Part shown: one piece after another, positions 10,571-21,687 of the stretch
How positions within the stretch are numbered: the first letter of the stretch is position 1
Layout of the letters: each line of letters starts with the position of its first letter
NCBI GenBank assembly: GCA_964019335.1
Contig: OZ025699.1
Location: 372,001 to 436,000, forward strand
Source: Diplonema japonicum
Taxonomy: Eukaryota > Protista > Euglenozoa: Diplonemea
Direction: 5' to 3'
Length of the DNA stretch: 64,000 bases
Position numbers and translations under genes: made by a program
Notes under the pieces: generated by a model
Seen by the model: only the letters and a program-made list of their open reading frames with translations
What the model was told of the DNA's origin: nothing
Database searches by the model: none

Positions 10571-11520
10571 CCAACTTCACAAGCGCAATGTGCACACCAG
10601 CTGAGCAGCATTGGTCTATGGAGCACCCACCTGGCGGGCATCGCTTTGCTCTAGCATTGATGACAAGCATCTTGCATGAGCAGAGTTCAGCATCCACATT
10701 GAGGCACGTGTCGCAGCACGTGTTCCCGTCGCGCACACCGAAGGGACACTGTGTTTCATTCGCATTCGGGGAATAGCGCAAACAGCCGGAGAGGCGTCGG
10801 GGCGTAGCACCATTGGCGCATGTTGCCTTCACGCCTGCACACACCCCACTCTGCACTGGTCTTGGACAGTTGCCACTTCTTCGTCGTTGCAGACCGTACC
10901 GTTAGGCTGTTGACTTCGACACAGCTACCACCGTTGCAAGTGACCTGTATGCATGGACCTGTATGCATGGGGTCTTTGGCGGGTTGCAGTTGATATCACC
11001 GCAGCTCACCCTCCCGTAACAGACTCCAGCCGTACAAGTATCGTCGATGCTCTGCACCTGGCCATCGTTGCATGGAATTCCGTAGTTTGCACGCGGATCC
11101 CTGCACTGCCCAGGGTGTTGCACACCTTGCACATGGCAGTCGTCGGAAGTCCCACATATAACTCAGTTGCACTTATCTTTGCCAACACACGCCCCTGCCA
11201 CACACTGGCCGTCAATTGTACTAGGGTTCCCATCGTCGCAATACGCTCCGTCGTCCTTTATTAGATTATTTATTTACCGTGCACTCGCTAGTGATGCACA
11301 CAGCCACAGAGCATTGGTTGAGTGTCATGCATTTGTATCCGCCGCAATCAGCAATGCCGACACACTGGCCGCAGCAGCGGTCCGTGGTAGTGTCCTCACC
11401 GTCGCAGACGTTGTTGTCCAGGCATCTGTTCAACGCATCGCAGCCAATGGATGGAGACTCCAGCTCAGGGCATGCGGAGGTTTCGCATTGCGGCACGCCT
11501 CTGCACCTCAAACCCCTAAC
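10570..11520 (-). pseudogene. Cys-rich repeat extracellular protein relic (CDDGNPxTID-type repeats)
   Basis: YCDDGNPSTIDGQCVAGAC and PCNDGQVQSIDDTCTAGVC, interrupted by stops and frameshifts. Confidence 0.65.
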
Positions 11521-11796
11521 GACGCCAGAAGATGCGAGGAACGCAATTCGCGACTCTTACGAAACGGCAATGTGCTGCATGATGTGCAATGTGCTGCACA
11601 AGAAGCCAAACAAAACTGCCATGTTCACCCTTACGAAGTTCAAGGAGTACTGAGCTCGAGGACGTGCCAGTGACACAGGGATGGCAGCAATGTATTGAAA
11701 TACAAAATGAAGTACTGATACACTAGAAAGAAAGAAAGAACATCGATTCTTGTAAAAGAACGCCGAACTTGTCTATGCTAAGAACACAAAGAGCTC

Positions 11797-13920
11797 TCAA
11801 AAGTCCTCCACCATGCATGTCCCGCCAACCTTGTAAACACAGAAGGTGTCAGTGGGACCCTGATGCGTTCCCTGTTTCTCGCCAAAAACGTTACCTTCGA
11901 TGTGGCTACTTTCGTTCACAGTTCCGTAGTAACAGAACACACGGTCTTCCTTCGCTTTGGAACACAACTCGAAACACACATCAACACACTCCCCCAGAAC
12001 CGCCACGAACTTCTGCCTCGCACTCCCCACAGTCCCATGCCGAACCTCGCTCGTCGCCACCCCAATGTGGAGGTCGCACTGCATCGCGTTTTTTTGAAGC
12101 ATCTTAACAAAGGCAAGGGAGTTCTCCACATGTGTTGTGCAGGAACGTGATGTGTTCCACCCAACAGCGACCCTGCTCCCCTGCAGCGACACGATCACCC
12201 CGTGCGACCTCTCCGTGCACATCGCGATACGGGAAAGCACCTCGTTCACCACAACTGCAACACCCTCCTTCATATGCACACGCATGTCCACCACCCCCAC
12301 TGTCGCTGACAGGATGTGATGAAGGGACAAACTACTCTCTGCTGCCATTCGGTTACTTAGTTCAGCCGAGTCGTGGTGCGAGTTCTGTACCGAGAAGGCT
12401 GAAGTCAATGTTGAATTGTCGATGCTGTGCTTTCTTTGATCGAGTTGTGATTCGACAAATGCTTGCCTCCCTTGAAGGCTTCTGGGAAGGAGCAGGGAAG
12501 GGTTGATGTGAGAAGTGATCCCCTTCAGGACTGTCTCCCCCATCGGAAGAACACAGACAGACTCCCAATCCGGTCGCACCTCCTCCAACACCTCAGGAGT
12601 CACAGCCACAGCTCCCCCGACACACGCCCCTTCCATCCGAGCCGCCTTGTTCACTGTCCCCCCGAAGTAGTCGTACCTCCCTGTCAGTGTGTTCAACTGA
12701 ACATCAACATCACCACAGTGTACCCCAACACGGACACGAAGCCCACACCACGGACCATCGCTGTCCAAAGCAAGGTGTTCCAAAGCCAGCAGTTCAGAAG
12801 GCCACACAGCAGAGACAAGCCCCTCTTGAACAGAGAGCCCAAAGGAAACAGCATCAGAAGATCTATCAAAGGCGATCATGAAGGCATCACCAATGGTCTT
12901 CACCTCGTAACCGTTGTGCTTGGAAATGCAGTCTCGCAACACTGTGTTGTGCACACGAAGACCCTCCTTCATCCCCTCAGGGCACGCCTCCCATGTTGCC
13001 GTCGAGCCTTGGACGTCGGTGAAGACGATGGTGGCATAGTTGAAACTTTTTCCAGGCGCGTTGGCTCTTCTTCGAAAGAGTGGTGAGCAAGAAGTGGGTG
13101 TGCAGGGGTGGAGTTCGTCGAAAAGGGCATCAGGGAGGTAAGGGCGGTAGATGTGGAGGTTGTTGAGGATGTCGGTGAAGGCGGCATGGAGGGGAGGGGG
13201 GAGAGGAGAGGTGCCGATGATGGACTCTGCCTCAGTGAGGTCGAAGCGAGCAAAGCTGTCTGCAATGTGCTCAGCTGCAGTGATCACAGACTTCATGACC
13301 TCCTGCTCACGGCGGAGATCGTAAGCGAACCCGCGAGTGAAGAAGAAATCCATCAAGAAAACCCCGGACTGGCTGAGGAAGACAAATGTTGCCTCCAAAG
13401 AAGTAATCGGGCACGGCAGGCTGTCGCAAGCACATGTACTCGCACGTAAAGTAGCTTGTGAAGGGAGCTCGGCGAGGAAGAAGTCGGTGTCGAAAAGACC
13501 GAAGCGCGACGATCGCTCAACAGCAAGCAGCAAAAGCCACGACACAACAGTTGCAATGAGAAAAGTGGAAACACGTGAGGGAAGCCGGCAAACTAAGGCG
13601 ATATCAGTGAGGATTATAAAGCTGGACCACATGCGGCCAAGTCCCTCAACAACACTGCTCCAGTCAGCCACGATGAAGTAAACCGCATGGACATACAGAA
13701 GAGATTCAAACACATACATGTTTAGACGCTGTGTCACAGCTACATACACACAGGTTACCAGGAGTGGGGTGGTCGTGAGCAGTATCCTGAACCTGCCGTC
13801 GATCATCAAGAGCACAGAAGAAAGCAAGGAGCTCAGCGTTGACAGTACAAGGATCTTCTTTGCCATCACTGTGACCTGATCGTCACAAGGTCGGAGCAGA
13901 TGTTTAAACAGCATATCCAT
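11797..13920 (-). CDS. Receptor-type adenylate cyclase, copy 3
   Basis: 707 aa. Same motifs (FTDVQGST, EVKTIGD, NKAARME); TM region diverged from copies 1 and 2. Confidence 0.9.
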   Translation of the reverse strand: MDMLFKHLLRPCDDQVTVMAKKILVLSTLSSLLSSVLLMIDGRFRILLTTTPLLVTCVYVAVTQRLNMYVFESLLYVHAVYFIVADWSSVVEGLGRMWSSFIILTDIALVCRLPSRVSTFLIATVVSWLLLLAVERSSRFGLFDTDFFLAELPSQATLRASTCACDSLPCPITSLEATFVFLSQSGVFLMDFFFTRGFAYDLRREQEVMKSVITAAEHIADSFARFDLTEAESIIGTSPLPPPLHAAFTDILNNLHIYRPYLPDALFDELHPCTPTSCSPLFRRRANAPGKSFNYATIVFTDVQGSTATWEACPEGMKEGLRVHNTVLRDCISKHNGYEVKTIGDAFMIAFDRSSDAVSFGLSVQEGLVSAVWPSELLALEHLALDSDGPWCGLRVRVGVHCGDVDVQLNTLTGRYDYFGGTVNKAARMEGACVGGAVAVTPEVLEEVRPDWESVCVLPMGETVLKGITSHINPSLLLPRSLQGRQAFVESQLDQRKHSIDNSTLTSAFSVQNSHHDSAELSNRMAAESSLSLHHILSATVGVVDMRVHMKEGVAVVVNEVLSRIAMCTERSHGVIVSLQGSRVAVGWNTSRSCTTHVENSLAFVKMLQKNAMQCDLHIGVATSEVRHGTVGSARQKFVAVLGECVDVCFELCSKAKEDRVFCYYGTVNESSHIEGNVFGEKQGTHQGPTDTFCVYKVGGTCMVEDF

Positions 13921-14148
13921 CCCCCCTCTGTTTTACGGAAATTAACATCTGCGAAAAGAAAAGTAAAGCAGCAATATGGTAAGGTACGGGAAGTTGGCAA
14001 ACTAAGGCCTCCTCTAAAAAAAACGGTGAAACGGGAGTTTGTAAGAAAGGTCACAACGAGGCGCCAACCATCAGCACACCTCGCATAACCAAAACAAACC
14101 AAAAAGTCTTCGCTGACCCCTTAGAAAGAATCTTTCTTAGACGAAGCA

Positions 14149-15225
14149 CTAGATATCTAGCGTGGCGTCTAGTAGATGTGCAAGGAAAAGACAGGGGTGC
14201 TGTCTCAGTTTCTGGAGGTCCTTCTTCGTCTGTTCCGAGACGTGCAGCGGTCTTCTGTCCCAGCCCAAAGGGTCCAAGAACCAAGCATCAGTGCCCAATG
14301 CTCCGTTGATAATCTGCTTAGCTGCCAGGTCCCACAATCGCATGATGCCCTTCTCGTAGTCAGGATGCTTCTTCGTTGTGTCGGCCAGCACCTGAGTAAT
14401 AAGCGTCTTTGCTGATGCAGCGGCAACGAACCTTGACGCGTCCCAAGAGGTGATCACGTACTCCAACTGACTCATACACATGTTTACAGCCTTCTGACCC
14501 CAGCCATGCCCTGGGGCGACGGGAGCAGAGCTTCTTCTATACTCTTGGTAATCAGCATTCTTTTGCCAGTTGCTTACCTTATCACCACGCCTCTCCATGG
14601 TGATAACGAACGTTTGGTCCCCGTGTCTGTCGTAGTGCCTCCTGCCCCTCGACTGCGGGTGAGTCACCACTACCCTGAAAGACAGCACCGACCCAGTGTA
14701 CTTTATTTCGCTCACGTTGCCACTCAGCAGTGGATGTGTCATCATGATGCGATAGCCCGAGATGGTGAAAGCATTCGAGTAAGTAAGCCCATTGTACCCA
14801 CCCAGCCAGTCCCAGGTCCCGTCAAATTCTTGCTGCTCGTTAAACATCACCTGAATAATACCCACTGGGTCACCTCTGCGGTGTTCCGCGTGGGCGATGC
14901 GCTTCAGAGAGGTTATCCTGCCTGCGTACCATCTTAGGCTTTTCAGCCACCTGAGGACGCTCTTCATGTAGAACATTAGGACCTTTCCCGACGCTCCGTT
15001 CGATTTCAACAGCTCCACTGTGGGCACAGTGTGCTGCTTCCCCGTTGTGATCTCATCCCACGGGTTGGTGGTGAGGATTCTGGTGCTCCGTTCAGCCGCT
15101 CTGGCGTCTCGTCTTGACACGACATCCAACAGGTATCGTTGCACGACTGCCGCCTGTTGCTTCGCAGCCCCCGTTGCGCCCCTTGGAATGATCCCGTGGA
15201 GGGCGGTCACTGCAGGTAGGTCACT
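14149..15225 (-). mobile_element. LINE-like C-terminal fragment with an unrelated in-frame middle segment
   Basis: LHGIIPRG, YLLDVV, PWDEITTG, WLKSLRWY and LGWDRRP..TKKDLQKL match the 26374 and 50386 ORFs. Confidence 0.7.
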
Positions 15226-15304
15226 TCGTGTTGTAAAAAAAAAAAGAAGGCATTGTTAAGTACGACACACACGCCATACCCTTGTACAGAATAACGTAGT
15301 TCTG

Positions 15305-15336
<32 letters not shown>

Positions 15337-15402
15337 CCATTTAGAAAATTAAAAAAGTCGAAAGTGCCCCCCCCCCCCCCCCCCCCCCTTTTTTTTTCCC
15401 CC

Positions 15403-18126
15403 TCAGTTTTCTATCTGTTGACGATCTCCTCCTGTTTCATCAGAAATGGCAGCCCTTACCGTTGTTGCCATGGTCAGGAACTGCAGACGGGTCTCCGGCT
15501 GCCTCACAGCAGCAGAGGTGAACACTTGTAACAATGAGGTGAACCACGTGGTCAGAAACGAAAACAGAACCGCCCCTGCCAATGGCCACACAAGCTCTGC
15601 AACAGGCACGTAGCGTCGATTTTCTATCGATCTGGGGAAGTGAACCACAAAGGGGATAGGTATGCTGCTGAAGCAGATGACATTAAAGGATATCGGCGCG
15701 AATCGCAGGTAGACACACAGAGCGTCGTCGTCCTCTCCCTCATCTTCCTCTTCCTCCTCCTGTACAGACATCCTGCTTGTCACCTCAACAAACAATTTCG
15801 ACAGTATTGTTTTTGCATGGTTGTGAATGAAGAACCGGGGGCATATCAGTCCTATTTTGAGCCGAGACGCGGATTTTCTTTTGAAGTTGATCAGGAAATT
15901 CTGTTCGACCTCGTGATATTTTCCCAACAGAGTGCTCGCATCCTCAGAGTGGGACGGGGACGGGGACGGGGACGGGGACGAGTTCATCTGCGACAGCCTG
16001 ATGTCGGAGAACGTCACGGACCCATCCCCAGTGCCGCCGACCGCCGCTGTTATGTTCGGCACCGTTAAGAAGAGATTCAGATCACCAGGGAAGCGAACAT
16101 CGAGACACTCGCAAGAAAGGATGGTCATAGCGGGCTTAAGTATAGCTTTCCATGGGTGCGGCTTTTTCACGACACGTGCACGGGCGGCATTAGCCTCGAT
16201 CCAGTTGTAGAACGCTTGTTCGTGGAGATCGATCGCAAGGCAGCCGATGCTCAATCTGGTAGCCTCGTTCGGTTTCATTGTCATGTGAATTGTCTCAGAC
16301 GGGAGAGAGACTGATCCGGACCCAGCAAGGGACAGGTCAGTTCCAGGGAAATTAACGGTGATATAGGACACTTCGGTATTGTGCGGTGGCCCCACCGGAC
16401 CGAGCGCTTCCCCCAAAGCCATTGCGAATCGTGTCGCCGCGACGCAACTAGCCACTGACCCGCCCTGAATATCCACGGTGGTGAGGTCCTTCTCGGGAAA
16501 CTTCATGACGGTACACATTTCGGTTTTCAACACGATGTCCCCCTCGCTGTTTGTTGCCTCAACGCTCTCGCATGTAAAGCTTACCGCATCTCCCTTCACA
16601 GCTTTCACCGAGCATCTCACACCAACATCCTCTGAAGCGTATCCCTCGATTCTGTCTACATATATCGATGACGAAACCGAACTGTTGCTCGGTGGGGAGT
16701 TTTCCACAAGGTACGAAAGGTCTTCAAGGAACCGGGAAATGATGGCCCTGGACACCCACACAGACGTTGCGTCGGTCAAGTCGATGGAAATACCGCCGTT
16801 GATGTGAAGCTCGCGCCGTTCAGACGACTGTCTGAAGCACACATCATCGATGTCGATTATTTGAAGGGTTTCCTGCTCGACACCATCCCTCGCAACACGG
16901 AGGTTGGACATTGTTGTTGACAATAATGAAGACTCCGAGACTCCGAGGGACAGATCGGTAACGGTGGTGTGAAATCTTTCATGCTCGTGGTGCAAAGTTA
17001 GGGTCAGGTTTGCCAGCGTCATCTTTATGTCCCCGAGACCCGGCTCTGGTGGTTGCAGGTACCTCTCTCCTATGACTGAACCGGTCATGAGTATGGTATC
17101 GTCCTCCCCGAGCCGCGGGGGCGTCACGTCCTCGAAGGAGAAGAACGGATCGTCTTCCAGCAAATCCGCCTCGCTGCTTTGATCAGAATCAGAACCGCAT
17201 CCTTCACGAGAATTGTACGCATTTCTCCTGTCTAGTTCTTCCTGCGACACTGCAATGATACTGGCCTCCTTGAAGATACTCTTCACAACCCCAACAGGGA
17301 AGCTCATATGAACCGTGTCTAGAATTTCAATTTCAACTCCAGGTCCTGAAGACCCGACGTGGATACCGATGGACGGCAGAGGGCGTTCGTTGCCAAGAAT
17401 ATGGTGTATTTCCCCGTGAGAATGTAGTTCCGCAGATATACCTTCAATATCGGTGGAAGAACCGGTGTGGACAACCCGGTGGACCGCTGCAGACATGCAG
17501 AGAATATCGCTTGAGAATGATGGGATCCTATCCAGGTCCATGGTTGGTACCGAAGGGGCAAGTTTGTTTAAAACGAGTAACATTTTCTTCACAAGCGGGA
17601 CGTCTGTCTTTGCGAAGGACGCGCCGCAGATTTCCATGCTTTTCTCCTTGTGCAGCGTGACGCGGGAGGCGGTGAAACAGAACTCCGGGTGGTCGTTGTG
17701 GACGATAGTTGCATTTTCCATGGTGAGAAAAACGTCGTGTTGCTTAACAGACATAGTAGTGATGATTTTGAAGCCCTCGGTTTCTAGGGTCAGGAACATC
17801 TCGCCTTGGGTCAGCCCTGTCACATCTATCGCACGAAGGGTGGCTTTGACAGTGATGTGGGTTTCCTTGTTGGACAGAAACATGGTGATTTTCTCCGCAG
17901 ATTTGGAGGCCAGCTCTACCCCCTTCACAGTGGTCTCTGAGCACACCCACCCTTTGGGTCCGAGTACTGTGTTCAGTAGACGAGGGAGCTGCTTGTAGTG
18001 GACCTCCTTCCCTTTGCTGCCCAGGCAGTCGAGGATGTCTTTCAGCAACGTGCCTTCGATCTTCTTCTCGGACCACTTCTTTGCGGCGTTCTTCAATTTC
18101 TTGCCAGCTTTCACGAGATTCATCAT
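15403..18126 (-). CDS. 907-aa hypothetical beta-rich protein (possibly ATG2/VPS13-like bridge lipid-transfer fold)
   Basis: Long uninterrupted ORF with alternating-hydrophobic beta patterns. Family guess is weak. Confidence 0.6.
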   Translation of the reverse strand: MMNLVKAGKKLKNAAKKWSEKKIEGTLLKDILDCLGSKGKEVHYKQLPRLLNTVLGPKGWVCSETTVKGVELASKSAEKITMFLSNKETHITVKATLRAIDVTGLTQGEMFLTLETEGFKIITTMSVKQHDVFLTMENATIVHNDHPEFCFTASRVTLHKEKSMEICGASFAKTDVPLVKKMLLVLNKLAPSVPTMDLDRIPSFSSDILCMSAAVHRVVHTGSSTDIEGISAELHSHGEIHHILGNERPLPSIGIHVGSSGPGVEIEILDTVHMSFPVGVVKSIFKEASIIAVSQEELDRRNAYNSREGCGSDSDQSSEADLLEDDPFFSFEDVTPPRLGEDDTILMTGSVIGERYLQPPEPGLGDIKMTLANLTLTLHHEHERFHTTVTDLSLGVSESSLLSTTMSNLRVARDGVEQETLQIIDIDDVCFRQSSERRELHINGGISIDLTDATSVWVSRAIISRFLEDLSYLVENSPPSNSSVSSSIYVDRIEGYASEDVGVRCSVKAVKGDAVSFTCESVEATNSEGDIVLKTEMCTVMKFPEKDLTTVDIQGGSVASCVAATRFAMALGEALGPVGPPHNTEVSYITVNFPGTDLSLAGSGSVSLPSETIHMTMKPNEATRLSIGCLAIDLHEQAFYNWIEANAARARVVKKPHPWKAILKPAMTILSCECLDVRFPGDLNLFLTVPNITAAVGGTGDGSVTFSDIRLSQMNSSPSPSPSPSHSEDASTLLGKYHEVEQNFLINFKRKSASRLKIGLICPRFFIHNHAKTILSKLFVEVTSRMSVQEEEEEDEGEDDDALCVYLRFAPISFNVICFSSIPIPFVVHFPRSIENRRYVPVAELVWPLAGAVLFSFLTTWFTSLLQVFTSAAVRQPETRLQFLTMATTVRAAISDETGGDRQQIEN

Positions 18127-18232
18127 TTTTTTTTTCTTTTTTTTTTTTTGTTTCCCCCTTTTCGAAAAAAAAAAAAAAAAAAAAAAAAAGGTTTTTTTTT
18201 TGATTTGTAATCTTAAGCGAAAACGGTAGAGA

Positions 18233-18279
<47 letters not shown>

Positions 18280-18741
18280 AGAGAGAGAGAGAGAGAAACC
18301 ACAAAACGGGGTAACTTAAGTTGTACATTTCTTTTGACGTGTTGCTTAGAAGGGTACCAAAGGATACATCACAAATACTAGCCTGGACGAAGGAATAGTT
18401 CCAAAGGTTGGGTCAATATGGTAAACTAAAAGGTTACCCCCCCTGTTCCTACCCAGCTACAATTAACCGACAACCAAAGTTGTTTCAGTTTCGTCACAAT
18501 TAAAGTTAAAAAAAGGGTTTTTCGCTCGCGGGGGGGGAGGGAGGGGGGAGTTTTGTTTGTGTTGCGCGTTAGCTGGGTTCACTCTGCGTTCCAGCAGTGC
18601 TGAGGCTACTTGCTGGATGGGAATGAATTATAATACAGAAGAGGGGGGGGGAGGGGAAGGAAGACCAGGGTAAAAACCTGTTCGTTTGGTTTTTCGCTCT
18701 GGGGGGGGGAGGGGTACAACACCTACCAATAGTTCAAGAAC

Positions 18742-18905
18742 CCGTTACTTTCCGTTACGTTTCCGAAATCTTTTACTATTTGGTACCTTCTCCCCTCTAT
18801 TTTTACTTGCGCCTTTTTCTTTATAGTTTTTAACGTTATTTTTCCAAATGTCATTTCTTGTAAAGCAAATGTATATAGGTAATAAAAATATAACGAATCT
18901 TAATA
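18742..18905. repeat. Dispersed AT-rich repeat of about 165 bp (second copy 57985-58145)
   Basis: CCGTTACTTTCCGTTACGTTT...AATCTTAAT is present at both sites. Confidence 0.8.
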
Positions 18906-18989
18906 CCACCCCCCCCCCCCCCCAGCCAACGAAAAGCCCCTACAGGATCAACACAGCAAGGGGAGGGAAGGGTCACTCGTAATTTCTTT

Positions 18990-19892
18990 TCAACGATGCA
19001 CTTGAAGGTAGTGCGTGACACCTAGTTCACAAGACGGGCATTCCGTAATGCCTTTACAACATTTTTCACAAGCCACAAGGTGCCTGCAGGGCATGAGCAC
19101 CGTGTCCGCAGCAGTGAAGCACGTAACACACACACCACCCTGCGGACTGGATAAAACCCCAACCCCACCACCGTCCTCCGATTCCGGGGACTTTGGCAGC
19201 GTGGGGCGGGGCACCCCACATAACTTACAACCTTTTCTAACACGTACCCTCTCGGTGTTCTGGAAGGTACAAGCTGGGCAGACCCATTTCGAAACGACAC
19301 TAGTGTCGTGGGTAGGCAACCCCTCACCTAACGAAGCAGCAACAGCTGCACCAGGAGGCAAGGTTGTCGCAGCACCCCATGGAGAACTCTCGCCTGTAGT
19401 GATGGTGTCCGTGCAGCTGGGGTAGTCACGCGGGGCGTGGATCCGTTTCACAACGTTACACCGTGTGGCCACACCGTACTCATTACGGGTCATATTGCAG
19501 TGCTTGCATCGGACCGCTGGCTGTGGGATCGACAGATCATGTGGGATAGACCCTTTAACACACATTCTTGTCAGTGAAACAAGTGTTCTTTCAATCGCAA
19601 AACTTGACACCCTCATGACGGGTACGTCTTGCTCATATAGATCTACGTGAGCCCCGCAATCCGTCTCGAAGGCTTGTAGGGAGCGTAGGCCTGTTAGCCA
19701 ACAGCCTTCTTTGAAAACGTCTAGTACTTCGTTTCTGTTTAAGTTGAAAGACACTTTTTGACCGTTTGCACAGTGTGTTTCGAAATGGTCGCCTCGTTCT
19801 ATAGCTGCTTCGATGTTAAGGGGTGATGGGGACGAGAGGCGTTTCCGTTTGGTGCTGTCCGGCGCGCGTTGTTTAGTCGTTCCGGAGCCCAT
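18990..19892 (-). CDS. Putative myristoylated RING-HC E3 ligase with RanBP2-type zinc finger
   Basis: MGSGTTK N-terminus; WVCPACTFQN..CKLCG; C-terminal CVTC..PCRHLVACEKC..CPSC. Confidence 0.85.
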   Translation of the reverse strand: MGSGTTKQRAPDSTKRKRLSSPSPLNIEAAIERGDHFETHCANGQKVSFNLNRNEVLDVFKEGCWLTGLRSLQAFETDCGAHVDLYEQDVPVMRVSSFAIERTLVSLTRMCVKGSIPHDLSIPQPAVRCKHCNMTRNEYGVATRCNVVKRIHAPRDYPSCTDTITTGESSPWGAATTLPPGAAVAASLGEGLPTHDTSVVSKWVCPACTFQNTERVRVRKGCKLCGVPRPTLPKSPESEDGGGVGVLSSPQGGVCVTCFTAADTVLMPCRHLVACEKCCKGITECPSCELGVTHYLQVHR

Positions 19893-19969
19893 TTGTGTGA
19901 TTCCCTGATGACGATGATGATGTGTGGTGCTTGGTAGTGTGTAAAATAAAAAAAAAAAAAAAAAAAAAA

Positions 19970-20205
19970 AGAGACATTTAAGGGTACCTGCGGTATGTGG
20001 CAGGACGCCTGAAGAGTCTCAATCTATCTCTTGATCGAACCTTTCTGCTGTGGTGTGGCCTTCGGCCCCTCGTTCGCCCTCCTCGGTACCTTAGGTATAA
20101 AACCCTCAACCGAGTTGGTAAGGACACAATAGTTGTACAGTTGTTCTCAAGGATATGGCGGGTCGCCGGGGAGGCGAATACCGGCCTAGAGGAGTAGCCC
20201 CTTTA
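19970..20205 (-). mobile_element. LINE-like 3' fragment (second subfamily; relatives at 25425-25467, 53152-53248 and 63030-63273 on +)
   Basis: Encodes GYSSRPVFASPATRHIL..EGPKATPQQKGSIKR*. Shares the AAGGGWACCTGCRGTATGTGRCAGGA UTR. Flanked by A-runs on +. Confidence 0.65.
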
Positions 20206-20968
20206 AAAAAAAAGAAGAAAAAAAAAAACTACTTTTATTTTCTTTTTTTTTTATTTTTTTCCCCCCCTCTTTTTTTTTTTTTTCCTTTTTTTTTCCCTCT
20301 TTCTTTTTTTTTTTTCTTTTTTCCCGTTGACGAGTCGTTCGTCTCCTGTTCGCAGGCAGTAAATTACAAAAAATAAAAATATAAAGTAAAGTAAAGTAAA
20401 AATAAGTGATAAAGGAGATCAGGGTGATGCCCCGCACAAGCACCTCGGCCGAGCTGTAGCTCCTTCAAGCACTGTCTACTTGACTACAGAATGCATAAAA
20501 AGACAAAAAAGAGAAAAAAAAAGAAAAAAAAAAAACCGTCTTTTCTTCTTTTCGATTCGTAGGTTGGGTTTTTTTTTTCTTTTTTTTTTTTTTTTCTTTT
20601 CTTTTTTTTTCCTTCGGCCTGGGGCCATGCTGTCAAGAAACGCGTTTCCAAGCATTTTTTTTTTTTTTTTTTTTGAAAATAAAGAAACGGAAGCGTTTCC
20701 CCGTTTCTTGTCAGTATAGCCCTGGGGGGGGGCTGTTGCCAGCAAGTGGATAAAACTCGACTCATGGAGAATAACGGTCTCCAGTGGAAGAAGAAGAAGA
20801 AAGAAGAAGAGAAAAAAAAAGAGCAAGAAAGGGGAAGAAAGAAAGAAAAGAAAAAAAAAATAAGAAAAAACTCGAACTGTTTTAACTGTGTGCACACTGA
20901 GATGGGAGAATGAAAAAAAGAAATTTTTATGAGGATGTCTTTGTGAGACGCCCCCTTGTTCTCATCTT

Positions 20969-21030
<62 letters not shown>

Positions 21031-21046
21031 AAAAACACACTTTTAC

Positions 21047-21304
21047 TTAAACACCTTCGCCATATGGTGCTGCCTGGGCAGGGGGTGCACTTGGCTGAGG
21101 TTGCTGAGGTGCACTGGCTGGTGGAGGTCCAGTTGGTGCGGGCGCACAAGCTGGTGGAGGTGCAGAATAGCCAGTAGGTTGCGGCCCGTGTTGGGGAGGG
21201 GGTGCCTGGTGGTGAGGCTGCGGCCCACCATGTTGAGGCTGTTGCTGGTGCACTGGTACCCCCGTGGCTGGACGCTGGTGCTGAGGTTGATAGTACGCCT
21301 ACGA

Positions 21305-21341
<37 letters not shown>

Positions 21342-21645
21342 TAAGACATACCGGCTGCACAATAGTTGCCGGCTGCTGTCTTGGAACAGGTTCAATGCAT
21401 AAGTTGATGAAGCCATTGATCGGCCAGATAGTAAAGCATCCAACCCAGCACAAGCAAGCCTGTGGTGTGATATTTCTCTTAAGAGGAACCAAAAAAAAAA
21501 AGAGAAAAAAAAAAAGCCGTACCAAGACACTGCATCCCTCCACTTCCATCACAGAACAGGGTGGGCAGCAACACTTGTAGCAAGGGTTTTGCTGTTGATG
21601 TTGCACAACTATCGTTGTGGTCTGTGGGTGCTGGGGCTGGGCCAT
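21047..21645 (-). CDS. Small Cys-rich membrane-associated protein with Pro/Gln tail; 3 exons
   Basis: GT-AG introns at 21460-21522 (63 nt) and 21299-21351 (53 nt). The spliced frame joins CYKCCCPPC..VL/ACLCW..VQP/AYYQP..APYGEGV*. Confidence 0.8.
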
Positions 21646-21687
21646 TTTTTTTTTCTTTTTTTTTTTTTTCTTTTTTTTTTATTGGAA

